Shown piece by piece: positions 1 through 11,936 of a stretch of 64,000 nucleotides of DNA (its first letter is position 1; each line of letters opens with the position of its first letter). Position numbers and translations under genes: made by a program. The notes beneath the pieces are model-generated. The model saw only the letters and a program-made list of their open reading frames with translations, had not been told where the DNA came from and did not search any database. Source of the DNA: Mobula hypostoma (Eukaryota); assembly GCF_963921235.1 (NCBI RefSeq), contig NC_086097.1, positions 87,298,001-87,362,000 of the forward strand, read 5' to 3'.

Positions 1-247
1 TTGCACTCCAATCAGATTCCTTCTTCTCCAACCCTTCAGCTTTCCCACCTACCTGGCTTCACCTATCACCTTCTAACTTGTCCTCCTTTCTCTCCCCCAA
101 CTTTTTATTCTGGCATCTTCCCCATTCCTTTCCAATCTTGTTGAAGGGTCTCAGCCCGAAACAATGTTGTCTGACCTGCTGAGTTCCTCCAACATTTTGT
201 CTGTGTTGCTCTAGATTTCCAGCATCTGTAGAATCTCTTGTCTTTAT
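1..247 (+). mobile_element. Penelope-like element 3' end (pLTR), degenerate
   Basis: Pyrimidine-rich tract, decayed hammerhead (ttgttgaagggtctcagcccgaaac) and tail gatttccagcatctg; homologous to the end of the PLE at 7781-9646. Confidence 0.75.
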
Positions 248-454
248 GATTGGTGTAAGTTTTTACTTTGCTTACTTAAAATAGTGATGGCAAACAGACA
301 CACAATTTTACATCTCTCTCAATTTGTGTTTCCATTGTCTTCTATGAAGATAAGCACAACAATTCATCACCACACACTTTAAATTTCATTTATAGATTAC
401 AGATTTCTTTTGAAATTCAACTTGGTCAAGAAAAAGGATTAAGCCCATGGATGC

Positions 455-550
455 TTCTTCTTCCTATGGACGCTGTCTGGCCTGCTGCGTTCCACCAGCA
501 TTTTGTGTGTGTTGCTTGAATTTCCAGCATCTGCAGAATTCCTCGTGTTG
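455..550 (+). mobile_element. Penelope-like pLTR 3' fragment with tail
   Basis: tggcctgctgcgttccaccagcattttgtgtgtgttgcttgaatttccagcatctgcag, matching 11950-12030. Confidence 0.8.
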
Positions 551-639
551 AAGCTTTAAAGCATCACTATTCTCTTCATGTTCACTAATGAATCACAGAA
601 ATTTTGATACAGGTCAGTACAAAGGTAACTGAGTTGTTC

Positions 640-1170
640 ACATTACAGCAAAATGGACGGAGAACAACACTAGGGCAATTGTGGCACAGCTATGCAGAGA
701 TCTGGTGAGATCACATCTGGAGTACTGTGTATTTACGATCTCCTGATTTATGGAGAGATGTTGGAGGCAGAAAAGAGAGGGTTCACTAGGTTACTTCCTG
801 CAATGAAAGTATTGTCTAATGAGGAAAGGTTCTGCAGGACTGGCCTTTACTCACATGGTTCAGAAGAAAATGTTTCTCCCCATGGGGGAAAATTAGGAGG
901 GGGTGTATTTTAAGAATAAGGGATTACCCATTTAAAATGAAAAGGAGGAGGAATTTCTATCAGAGTGTTGAGTATTTTTGGAGTTTACTACTCAGAGAAT
1001 TGAGTCATTGAATATATTCAAGACTGAGAAGGCTTTGTGGCTGTAGGGAGTTGAGAATCATGGGGAACAGGCAAAAATTTGGAGTTGGTCCCAAGACTAG
1101 ATCTGTCTTGATCTTGTTGAGTAGCTAGAAGTACTGTATGGCCTACTGCCATTCCTTTTACAATATTCTT
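640..1170 (+). mobile_element. Old CR1 LINE 3' fragment
   Basis: Degenerate ORF2 C-terminus (RGFTRLLPAMKVLSNEERF) similar to other CR1 3' ends in the window. Confidence 0.6.
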
Positions 1171-1631
1171 GTGAAATCTTTACCTTGTCTTCCTTATGCC
1201 TGACTCTGCCAGTGTGATAAATTTCTCTAACTCTGAATTGCCTCAAAAGCTAAGGGCAGTTGGACGTGAGGAATCTTTTTACTTGTTACATACACCTGTT
1301 AGGGTGCATTCTCCAGTTACCTTATAAGGTAACCATAGCCTTCAGCCAGGAGCAGATGTCATCAGGTGGTTCCCAACCTTCACCGAGTGTTTCGACCTTT
1401 AACCATGACACTCTCCAGTTGGTGGGCTGGCAGTGGTGGCCAAATCACTGCCCATCTAAATAATAGTGTAGGCTTTATTCCTACATCCCATGAAGGAAGT
1501 AAAGAAAATGATGAATCCAAAATTTGGATCTCACTGCTGATCGGTAGTTCTTAGGATTTATAAAGTACACGCGACTAAGCTACACCAACGTTCTTGATTG
1601 GAGAGGAGAAGATGATTTGTAAATGTACATT

Positions 1632-1864
1632 TGCTGTTATTTAATATTTCAGTAATATTGTAAATATACTGTTTGACTAAGCATTCTTTGTTGTTTAAAT
1701 AATTCATTATGGTTATATGTAAAAGTACGTGAATGGCATACGTCATAATGTCACCACAACATAAGTGAGTACCTCAGTAAAGTAAAAATGAAATACACAC
1801 GTTATTCCCAGCTCTGTGTTTTTCTTCTGATTTGTTTTATGTTTTGGAGTTAGAAAATGTAACA
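1632..1864 (+). mobile_element. Solo LTR of Gypsy family A
   Basis: Shares taagcattctttgtt...gtgaatggcatacgtcat with LTRs at 3113-3958 (-) and 46541-46745 (+); ends ...gtaaca. Confidence 0.75.
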
Positions 1865-2199
1865 GCTTCCAAGTATAAATTGTCTAGCAACAGGCCTTTA
1901 TTTCCTCCTAAATTTAGATTATTCCATTTCTGATTACCTTACATCAAAACTGGAATCAATCCAGACATCCAAACATAAGTGGTGATCTTAACCTGGAGTG
2001 GGTGTTATCTTTGTTCTTTAACATAGGTCACAAAGCTGACCTGGACAAGCTCCAAAATGTTGTATCATGAAAAAGTCACCAGAGAGAAGCAGCTGGTAGA
2101 TATGAAATAGTCTTTTATTCGAGACACATGCATGCACGCTGAAAGCCTTTTGAGAGAGCTAAAATTACATCTGTATGAACCTATGTGAATATATGCAGC

Positions 2200-3099
2200 A
2201 TCTGCTGACCCTGTAACCTCTGTCCCGTAAACCGACGTCAAAACATCTTTCAAGAAGGTCAACCTTTGCAAGGCGTCAGCTCCTCATGGTGTACCTGGTA
2301 GGGCTCTGAAAACCTCTGCCAACTAACTGGTGGGAATGTTCAAGGACATCTTCAGTCTCTCACTCCCGCAGCCGGAGGTTCCCACCTACTTCAAAAAGAT
2401 GACAACGTACCAGTACCCATGAAGAGCAAAATTAGCTACCTCAATGAATATCACCCAGTGGCACTTACATCTACTGTGATGAAGTGTTCTGAGAGGTGGG
2501 GCATGTCCAGAATCAACGCCTGCCTAAGCAAGGGCCTTGACCCACTGCAACTTGCCTATCATCACAATAAGTCTATAGCAGATAGAATCTGCAGTCAGCT
2601 TTAGATCACCTGGACAACAGTATTACTTAAAACAGGCTGTTGTTTATTGACTGCAGCTCACTGTTCAACACAATCATACCCTCATTTCCAATCAATAAGC
2701 TCCAAAAACTGGACCTCTGCACCTCCCTCTGCAAATAGATCCTTGACTTCCTCATTGGAAGACAACAGTCTGATTGGAAATAACATCTCCTGCTCATTGA
2801 CAATCTACATTGGCGCACATCAAGGATGTGAGCTTAGCCCATTGCTCTACTCTCTCTACATCCACAACTGTGTGGCTAGGCACAGCTCAAATGCCATCTA
2901 TAAATTTGCCAATGACTCAACTATTGTTGGCAGAATTTCGGATGGTGATAAGGAGGCGTACAGGAGTGAGATAGATCAGCTGGTTGAGTTGTGTCACAGC
3001 AACAACCTTGCACTCAATATCAGTATGACCAAGGAATTGATTTTGGACTTCAATAAGGGCAGGTTGCTGGACCACACGCTAGTCCTTATTGAGGGATCA
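2200..3099 (+). mobile_element. Rex1/Babar LINE RT region (5' part of split copy)
   Basis: LNEYHPVALTSTVMKC, GAHQGCELSPLLYSLY, YKFANDSTIVGRI; continues at 5949. Confidence 0.85.
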
Positions 3100-3112
3100 T
3101 AAATAGAAAATC

Positions 3113-5948
3113 TTATGTTTTGTAGCTGCAGAAATTAATTGAAAGAAAAATACAGGTGCCCAGGAAAACATGTCTACTTAGTCTTACATACGAGGGGTGA
3201 TTGATAAGTTCGTGGTCTAAGGTAGAAGGAGTCAATTTTAGAAAACCAAGCACATTTATTTTTCCTACATTTACACACTTAGTCCAGCAGTCGTAGAGCA
3301 TACGGATCCCTTCTTTGTAGAAGTCAGCGTCTTGGACCTCCAGAAGTGGTCCACAACAGGGCTGAATGATAAGTTCATGGCCTAAGGTAGAAGGAGATAA
3401 GTTATTAACTTCAAACTTTCTGCATTATGACTCAAAGAGTTGAACTGCACGTGCCTGTAACAAGAGCTGTATAACTCATCTCCTTCTACTTAAGGCCACG
3501 AACATATCAATCACCCCTGCGGTGGGCCACCTGGAGGTCCAAGACACTCTTGTTACATGCACGTGCAGTTCAGTTCCATGAGTGATAATGCAGAAAGTTT
3601 GAAAATAGCTCATCTCAGGCCACAAACTTATCAATCACCCCTGCTGTGGACCACTTCCACAAAGAAGGGATCCGTATGCTCCACGACCGCTGGACTAAAT
3701 GTGTACATGAAGGAGGGGACTATGTTGAAATATAAATGTGCTGGGTTTTCTAAAATTGACTCCTTCTACCTTGGGCCACAAAGTTATCAATTGCCCCTCG
3801 TAAGTGAGGCACTCACTTATGATGTGGTGGCATAATTACGTATGCCATTCACATACTTCTTACATATAACTCATGATGAATTATGTAAACAAAGAATGTT
3901 TAATCAAACAATATATTTATAATATTACTTAAATATCACTGAAATATTAAATACACTACCCTCCTCTCTGCTTAGCTATAAAATCCAACTCAGTATACAG
4001 TGCATCTCATCTCAAATATGTAATGTATTGCTCTCTTGTCATATATATATACATACACACACATAAAATCACACATACATAGTTTGGATTACTATTTAGA
4101 CACCATAGTAAATTTTAAATTGTCCCATTCATACCTAAAAATTTAGTCACTGTGGAGAATTTCCTACTCTTGTGAGATAACAATCTTTCCTGACAAAGTG
4201 GTGTGGGGGTCTCTGCTTAACAGAAGAGACTTGTGGATGCGAAACAATCTCAGATTCTGGAGCCTCCTCCATGGTGGTTGTAGGAGTCAGCTCGAGTGTT
4301 TCAGGAAGTGGTTCTGACAGCTCTGGACATCTTTCTTCTCTAACAATTGACTCTGCTCTTCTCAACTGTTCAATGTGTCATCTCCACATGATATCAGATG
4401 CAATCTCCACTGTGTGGGAGAGTAGTCTGGCTCTGTCCTTAATCTTTCCTAGTATTTACTTTTATCATCATTGTAGTCCCTCACCAGGACTGCTTGTCTA
4501 GGAGTGAAACATTGAAATTCTTTGTATGAGGAGCCCTCAATTCGTCTAATCAGTTTGTCGTGCATACTCCTTCTCAGACTGGGTTTGTGGAGATCCAAGT
4601 GTGAGCATGAGGGACAACCCAGGAACAGCATAGCTGCTGAGTTGTGGGTCATGCTGCGTTGTGATATGCAAGGATGAAATTGGGTTCTTTTTCAGTGTTA
4701 ATGTAGTGTGTAATGCTGACATTCCTCACAGTATGTTCTTTAGACTCTGGACAAATGTTTCTGCCAAGCCAGGTGGTACAGTGCAGATATAATATGGCCT
4801 ACTCCATACATTTTCATGGATAACTGAAACTGTTCTGAAACAAACTGTGGTCCGTTGTTACTGACTATGTGCTCTGGAAGAGGCTTTTTAACACATCAAT
4901 AGTGTACAAGCCTGTAGTGGAGGCTGTTGGGAACACTTCTGGCCATGTTGTAGCTGCATCCGCTACTATCAAGAAACTTGTGCCCGTGAATGGACCAGCA
5001 AAATCCACATGAATCCTCAGGCAGGGCAATGCAGGCCAATCCGAAGGATGGAGAAGTGCTATTCTTGGCATCTTCTGGACATCTGTTTGGCATCCCAAAC
5101 AGATGCTTTAAATCTGGAGCAACACACACAAATGCTGGAGGAACTGAGCAGGTCAGGCTGCTGAATCTGCTGATCTATCCCAGACCATCAGACATAGTGT
5201 CCTACATTATGGCATCTTCTGGAAGTTTCTCCTTTAAACCTGTATTGGTCTTGTGTATGTGAGCCCCTGCCATAATGGTAACACAATTTGTTTAGCCAGG
5301 CAGGTTTCAGTTTAGACGCTACAATTTTGTTCACATGAGCTTTCATTTCCTGGCTGCAATTCAATTGTGTCTCTGGCTTCTGTTTCAATTAATACAGCAA
5401 TTTCAACTGCTCTTTTAAATATGAATTGTGCTTCAGTTTGGAGCCATTTTCGAATGCTTTCTTGCGAGATTCCACAAACTAAATGTTCTCTCGGTGCATC
5501 ATTAAACTCATCACTGAACAGAAAATGTTGAGACAATTTCTTCCATTCCATGTTAGCTGAAACTGATTCTCCTCCCTTTTGTTTCCATTTATGAAACTTA
5601 AAGGTACTGCAGTCAACAGTGGTTTCAGTTCTAAATGTTCCTGCGTTACGTTTACAAAATCAGCAAAACTTATTTCTCTGGTTTAGCAGTTAAACTTCTA
5701 AACAAACTCTATGCTTTTCCACCTATTACACTCAATAACACTGGCACTCGGTTTTCGTTGGCTATTTCATTTTCTTCAAAATACTGCTCTATTCATTCAG
5801 TATACACCATCCAGTTATCTGCTGTGAATCAAACATGTCTATATTTCTGATGTGTTCAGTTACTTCTGCTTTTTTAATTTATTATTTTATCACCCAATAA
5901 TCATTGATTATGAATCTGTGAAACATCCATTTTCGACCTTTTCTTTAC
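3113..5948 (-). mobile_element. Gypsy family A deletion derivative (gag fragment, integrase fragment, PPT, 3' LTR)
   Basis: Integrase RIHVDFAGPF; gag remnants (HLVCGISQESIRKWL, zinc-knuckle remnant); purine tract near 3959-3970; LTR 3113-3958 interrupted by a MITE; no 5' LTR seen. Confidence 0.85.
3191..3800. mobile_element. Mariner-type MITE
   Basis: TIRs cgaggggtgattgataagttcgtgg... / ...aagttatcaattgcccctcg, flanked by TA at 3189-3190 and 3801-3802. Confidence 0.9.
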
Positions 5949-6585
5949 TTGAGGGATCAGAAGTGGAAAGGGTGAGCAATTTCAACCTTCTGGGTGTCAA
6001 CATTTCTGAGGATCTATCCGGGGCCTGACATACTGAAGCAATTATAAAGAAGGCACGACAGCAGCTATATTTCATTAGGAGTCTGAGGAGAATTGGTTTG
6101 TCACCAAAGACACTCAGAAATTTCTACAGTTGTACCATGGAGAGAATTCTAACTTGTACATCACCATCGGTTTGGAGGGGCCATTGCAGAGGATCAGAAA
6201 ATGCTGCAGAAATTTGTAAACTCAGCCAGCTCCATCATGGGCACTAACCTCCTCAGCAAAGGACACCTTCAGAAGCCAATGCCTTAAAAAGGCAGCGTTT
6301 ATCATTAAGGATTTCCATCAGCTAAGACATGCCCTCTTCTCATTGCTAAATCAAGGCGGAGGTATAGGGCCCTGAAGACACACTCAATATTTCAAGAGCT
6401 GCCTCTTCCCCTCTGCCTTCAGATTTCAGAATTGACAATGAACCCTCCTCAGTACTTTTTCCTCTCTTTTAGCACTAATTTTTGTATTGTATTACTTTTA
6501 TTACTATGTATTACAATGTAATGCTGCTGCAGTGGATCAAACTTCATGACTTATGCCGGTGATATTAATTCTGATTCTGATTCAG
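5949..6585 (+). mobile_element. Rex1/Babar LINE 3' part (continuation of 2200-3099)
   Basis: Resumes at gagggatcagaagtgg; ends in (attctg)n tail. Confidence 0.85.
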
Positions 6586-7780
6586 ACTTAAGTTCTAACT
6601 CTAATTCTCCTTAGCCTTTAAGTATACAGTCCAATTGAGATTTATTTGTAAGCTGTGTAAAGTTTTTTTCCTTGTGGATATATTTCAGAAGCATGAAGTA
6701 TTTTAAAGCCAAGAATTTCTTTAAAATTCTGGAAGCTGTAAGAGGCTTTTAAAAAAACACACATATGAAGTTAGTTCCCTTGAGTAATTGTCTGTTATGC
6801 CCTAAAATACTTGCAAGATAAATCAAACTAAGCAAGATATTTTGTGTTGCCATTTGACTGTTTCAAATCTAAACATTATCACCACAACTGTATTTACATT
6901 AATAATGATGGAAAGTGTGGTTGAGTAAAAAAAGAGTTATGTGACAGGGGATGAAGAAGAGCTAGAAGCCTGCCCAGAGCAATCAAAGCATATAGCACTG
7001 ATGCAAAAGTTTATTCATGGGAATCACTGGGGAAGGAACCAAATATACTATGATCACCATGGTGATAATTGAGGTACTTGAATACGGCGGGGGGGGGGGG
7101 GGGAAGGCTTAAGCATTATCTGTGTTGTGTGTCCACAAGAGAAAGAACACATAATTTGGACTATGCAATATCATTATCAATTTCCAGGTCTATGTGCATT
7201 TCCTGATGACCTGAACATTGAGTAAACAAAAGAAAACATCTTACTTCTGCTTTTGTCATTGTGGAAGGTCATTGATCATGATTGACCATCTTATAATGGT
7301 TCCAAATATTTTAGAATGAGTTGTGCGAGGATGTAATGCCCAAAAGTACTTCAGCTTTCCCCGTGGAAGACTAAAATGATGGATGGAGTTATTTTAATTG
7401 GAATTAGACAACAAATAGAAAAAAACACTAACTATCATTTCATATATTGTATGTTACAGCATGCAGTGGCACGGTTCTGTTATTCCAGGCTTGTAAAAGA
7501 GATTTAAAAGTTAATGTTTCATTTCAGTGCTGTCTTCACCAGGACCTGTTCTGCTGCTGCTACTTTGTAGGCTTCATCTGTCAGTTCTGCTTGCTATTGT
7601 TAATGACGGCTCGTGAAAGGATGATTCCTTTCTTTGCAAGAGCTCTGTTAGATCCTGGACCAAATGTTAGCTCAAGGTGTCGCTACATTTTCCAATTAAT
7701 TTCAACAATGTATAGAATGTTATATCTACAGGTGTTGTATTCCTGAGTATTTGTTCCCAGACAGTGTCTTGAAAAAGATA

Positions 7781-9646
7781 GGCAACACACACAAAATGCT
7801 TGTGGAATGCAGCAGGCCAGGCAGCATCTATAGGAAGAGGTACAGTCGACGTTTCAGGCCGAGATCCTTCATCAGGACTAACTGAAAGAAGAAATAGCAA
7901 GAGATTTGAAAATGGGAGGGGGAGGGGTAGGGGGAGATCCAAAATGATGGGAGAAGACAGGAGGCAGAGAGATAGAGCTAAGAGCTGGAAAGTTGATTGG
8001 CAAAAGGGATACAAGGCTGGAGAAGGGAGAGGATCATGGAGCGGGAGGCCTAGGGAGAAAGAAAGTGGGAGGGGAGCCCAGAGGAAGATGGAGAGCAGGC
8101 AAGGAGTTATTATGAGAGGGACAGAGAGAAAAAAGAGAGAAAGAAAGAAAGAGAAAGTGGAAAAATAAAAAATAATAAATAAATAAGGGATAGGGTAAGA
8201 AGGGGAGGAGGGGCATTAACAGAAGTTAGAGAAGTCAATGTTCATGCCATCAGGTTGGAGGCTACCCGGACGGAATATAAGGTGTTGTTCCTCCAACCTG
8301 AGTGTGGTTTCATCTTGACAGTAGAGGAGGCCATGGATAGACATATCAGAATGGGAATGGGACATGGAATTAAAACGTTTGGCCACTGGGAGATCCTGCT
8401 TTCTCTGACAGACAGAACGTAGGTGTTCAGTGAAACCATCTCCCAGTCTGCGTCAGGTCTCGCCAATATATAGAAGGCCGCACCGGGAGGACCGGACACA
8501 GTATATCACACCAGCCAACTCACAGGTGAAGTGTTGCCTCACCTGGAAGGACTGTCTGGGGCCCTGAATGGTGGTGAGGGAGGAAGTGTAAGGGTAGGTG
8601 TAGCACTTGTTCCGCTTACAAGGATAAGTGCCGGGAGGGAGATCGGTGGGAAGGGATTAGGGGGACGAATGGACAAGGAAGTCGCGTAGGGAGCGATCCC
8701 TGCGGAAAGCAGAAAGGGGGTGGAGGGAAAGATGTGCTTGGTGGTGGGATCCCATTGGAGGTGGCGGAAGTTACGGAGAATTATATGTTGGGCCTGGAGG
8801 CTGGTGGGATGATAGGTGAGGACAAGGGGAACCCTATTCCTAGTAGGGTGGCGGGAGGATGGGGTGAGAGCAGATGTGCGTGAAATGGGAGAGATGCGTT
8901 TGAGAGCAGAGTTGATGATGGAGGAAGGGAAGCCCCTTTCTTTAAAAAAGGAGGACACCTCCTTCATCCTGGAAAGAAAAGCCTCATCCTGAGAGCAGAT
9001 GCGGCGGAGACGGAGGAATTGTGAGAAGGGGATGGCATTTTTGCAAGAGATGGGGTGGGAAGAGGAATAGTCCAGGTAGCTGTGAGAGTCCGTAGGCTTC
9101 TAGTAGACATCAGTAGATAAGCTGTCTACAGAGATAGAGACAGAAGAGACAGAAAGATCAAGAAAGTGGGGGGGGCGGGGGGGGAGGTCTCGGTAGTGGA
9201 CCAGGTAAATTTGAGGGCAGGGTGAAAGTTGAAGGCAAAGTTAGTGAAGTCAACGAGCTCAGCATGCGTGCAGGAAGCAATGCCAATGCAGTCGTCAATG
9301 TGGCGAAGGAAAGTGGGGGACGGATACCAGTATAGGCTTGGAACATGGATTGTTCCACAAAGCCAACGAAAAGGCAGGCATAGCTGGGACCCATACGGGT
9401 GACCATGGCTACACCTTTAGTTTGGAGGAAGTGGGAGGAGCCAAAGGAGAAATTATTAAGAGTAAGGACTAATTCTGCTAGACGGAGGAGAGTGGTGGTA
9501 GAGGGGAACTGGTTAGGTCCGGAATCCAAAAAGAAGTGGAGAGCTTTGAGACCTTCTTTGTGGGGAATGGAGGTATATAGGGACTGGATATCCATGGTGA
9601 AAATAAAGCAGTGGGGGCCAGGGAACTTAAAATCATTGAAAAGCAT
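7781..9646 (-). mobile_element. Penelope-like retroelement, 5'-truncated: RT, GIY-YIG endonuclease and pLTR
   Basis: FTMDIQSLYTSIPH...QTKGVAM.TRMGPSYACLF (PLE RT); my translation near 8400-8545 gives FTCELAGVIYCVRSSRCGLLYIGET*RRLGDGFTEHLRSV (GIY-YIG); frameshifted. Confidence 0.92.
7844..7879 (-). ncRNA. Minimal type-I hammerhead ribozyme motif in PLE pLTR
   Basis: Minus strand AGTC-CTGATGA-AGG-atctcgg-CCT-GAAA-CGTC-GACT: stem I AGTC/GACT, intact core, stem II AGG/CCT, palindromic ACGT, GUC cleavage triplet. Confidence 0.8.
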
Positions 9647-11020
9647 GCTAGCTTTTGAACTTAAGGGGTAGAAATTTGGCAGCAGAATAAATCATACCTA
9701 TGTATGTATGTTGCAGTTTTGTTTGAATCCAATTTTTCCCCACAACTCATTCCAGGGGACTCTGAAGCAAGGAATTCTGTGAAATAAACCATATTTTACA
9801 AAATCTTTCAAAATCTTTAAATGTACACCATTTATGCCTCACCATTCATTTTCTTTACAAAAATTGCAAAGGCAATTTGATACACATTGATTTTACTCTG
9901 GGAAAGTAGAATTATGGCTAATTGCAGAGGAAACAAGTAAAAAAAGAAACATGTTACTTCAGGGACTATCCTGGAACTGGTACATTCAGAGGAGAGCTTA
10001 AAATGGCCTGGTCCCAAAGACAAAGTGAAACATGAAGATGTCGGAACAAAATGTACTTGATGAAGGGGATCCATCACTCATGAAAACTGACATTTAATTA
10101 GAACTTGCATGAGCAAAATGAGGTTCTGAGTGAATGTTTAACTGGAATTGCGAAAAACTGGCACGACTGGTGAGGTAAAAAATCAGAAAATGCTGAAAGC
10201 TCTCATCAGATCAGGCAGAAGGCTTAGAGAGAGAAACAGAGTTGAAGTCAAATACTTTATCCAGAACAGGGAAATTGAGAAAACCAGTTGGTTTTAAGCT
10301 ATAGTGGGTGACCGATATGGCCAAAGGAATATCTCTGATAAGGTAAGGCCTGATTAAATCAAGTAATTCCAATGTTTGTGGAGCTTTCTGGTTAATAGAT
10401 TAATAGGACCATAAGATATAGGAGCAGAATTAGGCCATTTGGCCCATCGAGTCTACTCTACTCCAACTGGATCGCGGCTGATCCAATTTCCTCTTAGCCC
10501 CAATCTCTTGCCTTCCCCTCGTATCCCTTCATGCTCTGACCAATCAAGAATCTATCAAACTCTGCCTTAAATATACATAAAGGCTTGGCCTCCATAGCTG
10601 CCTGTGGAAAAGAATTCCCCAGATTTGCCACTCATCTCTGTTCTAAAAGGTCGTCCCCTTATTCTGAGGCTGAGTCCTCTAGTCTTAGGCTCTCCCACCA
10701 TAGGAAACATCCTCTCCACATCCATTCTATCAAGGCATTTCACACTTCGATAGTTTTCACCCCTCATTCTGCTGAATTCCAATAAATACAGTCCCGGAGC
10801 TATCAAATGCTCTTCATATGACAAGCCATTCACCCCAGAATCATTTTTGTAAACTTCCTTTGAACCCTCTCCAGTTACAGCACATCCTTTCTAAGATAAG
10901 AGGCTCAAAGCTGCTCACAATACTCCAAGTGAGACCTCACCAGTGCTTTATAAAGTCTCAACATTACATCCTTGCTTTTATATTCTAGTCCTCTTGAAAT
11001 TAACGCTGACATTGCATTTG

Positions 11021-11755
11021 CTGTTCGGAGGTCAGAGCTTAGTCAAGATGGCACTAAACAGCAATTCCTTTCCTTGCATCTTCAGAAACAGCTCTATTTT
11101 CATCTTTAATATCTCTAATTTTCCCTTTCAGCGTTCTTTTGAAGACCCTGACCTGGAGCTTAACATTCTTTGCAGGAATGGGACCCACTCCTGGGGCGTC
11201 ACAACTGGCTGTTATCTGACATGACGGGCGCAGCCTAAGAGTTTGGCTCGCCTTTGGAGGGCTAGGATCTCGAGACTCTGGAGACGGGCGGATCAGAGGT
11301 TGGTGTCCCGGATCGGTGTGTTGTGGGAGCTAGAAGATCTTTGGCTGTGTACCCAGAGATCTGAGAACTTTGGGTACGAAGCTCAGAGAAAGCAACACAA
11401 CAGGCTTTTAACATCGTAAGCCAGCGAGTTTGTTTGTTATGTCTCCCCTCTCGCTGTGAAATGGAGACATCTCTTTCTTCCTTTTTAGGGAGGGAGAGAA
11501 CCTGTGCTATGTCGAATACCAGGTGAACTCATAGTCTTTGGAGTACTGCAAATCTGTGCCTTTGCTGTTGCTTTTGCTGCACGCTTGAATGCTCGGTGGT
11601 GGGTGCTGATGCTTTTTTTTGCTGCTGGGGGGAGGGGGGATTGTTGCTTGCTGCCGCTTATGTGGAGGGAGGGAAGAGAGCTGGGGTGGACTTTGGGGTT
11701 CTGACATTTAACTGTCATTCATTTTTTGGGGCACTCCTCTGTTTTCATGGATGGT
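11021..11755 (+). mobile_element. Non-coding SINE-like or non-autonomous retroelement inside CR1
   Basis: Interrupts CR1 between ttgcatttgc and tcttcctcaccacag; has caagatggc near its 5' end; no credible ORF. Confidence 0.55.
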
Positions 11756-11853
11756 CTTCCTCACCACAGACTCAACCTGCAAATTAACCTACAACACACA
11801 TCAAAGTTGCTGGTGAACGCAGCAGGCCAGGCAGCATCTCTAGGAAGAGGTAC

Positions 11854-11889
11854 AGTCGACGTTTCAAGCCGAGACCTTTCGTCAGGACT
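11854..11889 (-). ncRNA. Minimal hammerhead ribozyme motif (intact core)
   Basis: AGTC-CTGACGA-AAG-gtctcgg-CTT-GAAA-CGTC-GACT. Confidence 0.75.
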
Positions 11890-11900
11890 AACTGAAGAAA

Positions 11901-11936
11901 GGTCCTGACAAAGGGTCTCAGCCTGAAACGTCGACT
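11901..11936 (+). ncRNA. Minimal hammerhead motif with core mutation
   Basis: GGTC-CTGACAA-AGG-gtctcag-CCT-GAAA-CGTC-GACT; core G8 changed to A. Confidence 0.6.

Noticed and set aside
1316..1333. Perfect 18-bp palindrome gttaccttataaggtaac
   Set aside because: About 0.25 such palindromes are expected by chance in 64 kb (64000/4^9), and there is no supporting context
7086..7103. Poly-G run (possible G-quadruplex)
   Set aside because: Simple homopolymer with no functional context
7447..7746. Cys-rich 99-aa ORF with a possible acceptor site
   Set aside because: No recognisable homology or canonical donor
7800..8216. Arg/Gly/Lys-rich and Phe/Leu-rich ORFs
   Set aside because: Translations of the low-complexity PLE 3' region
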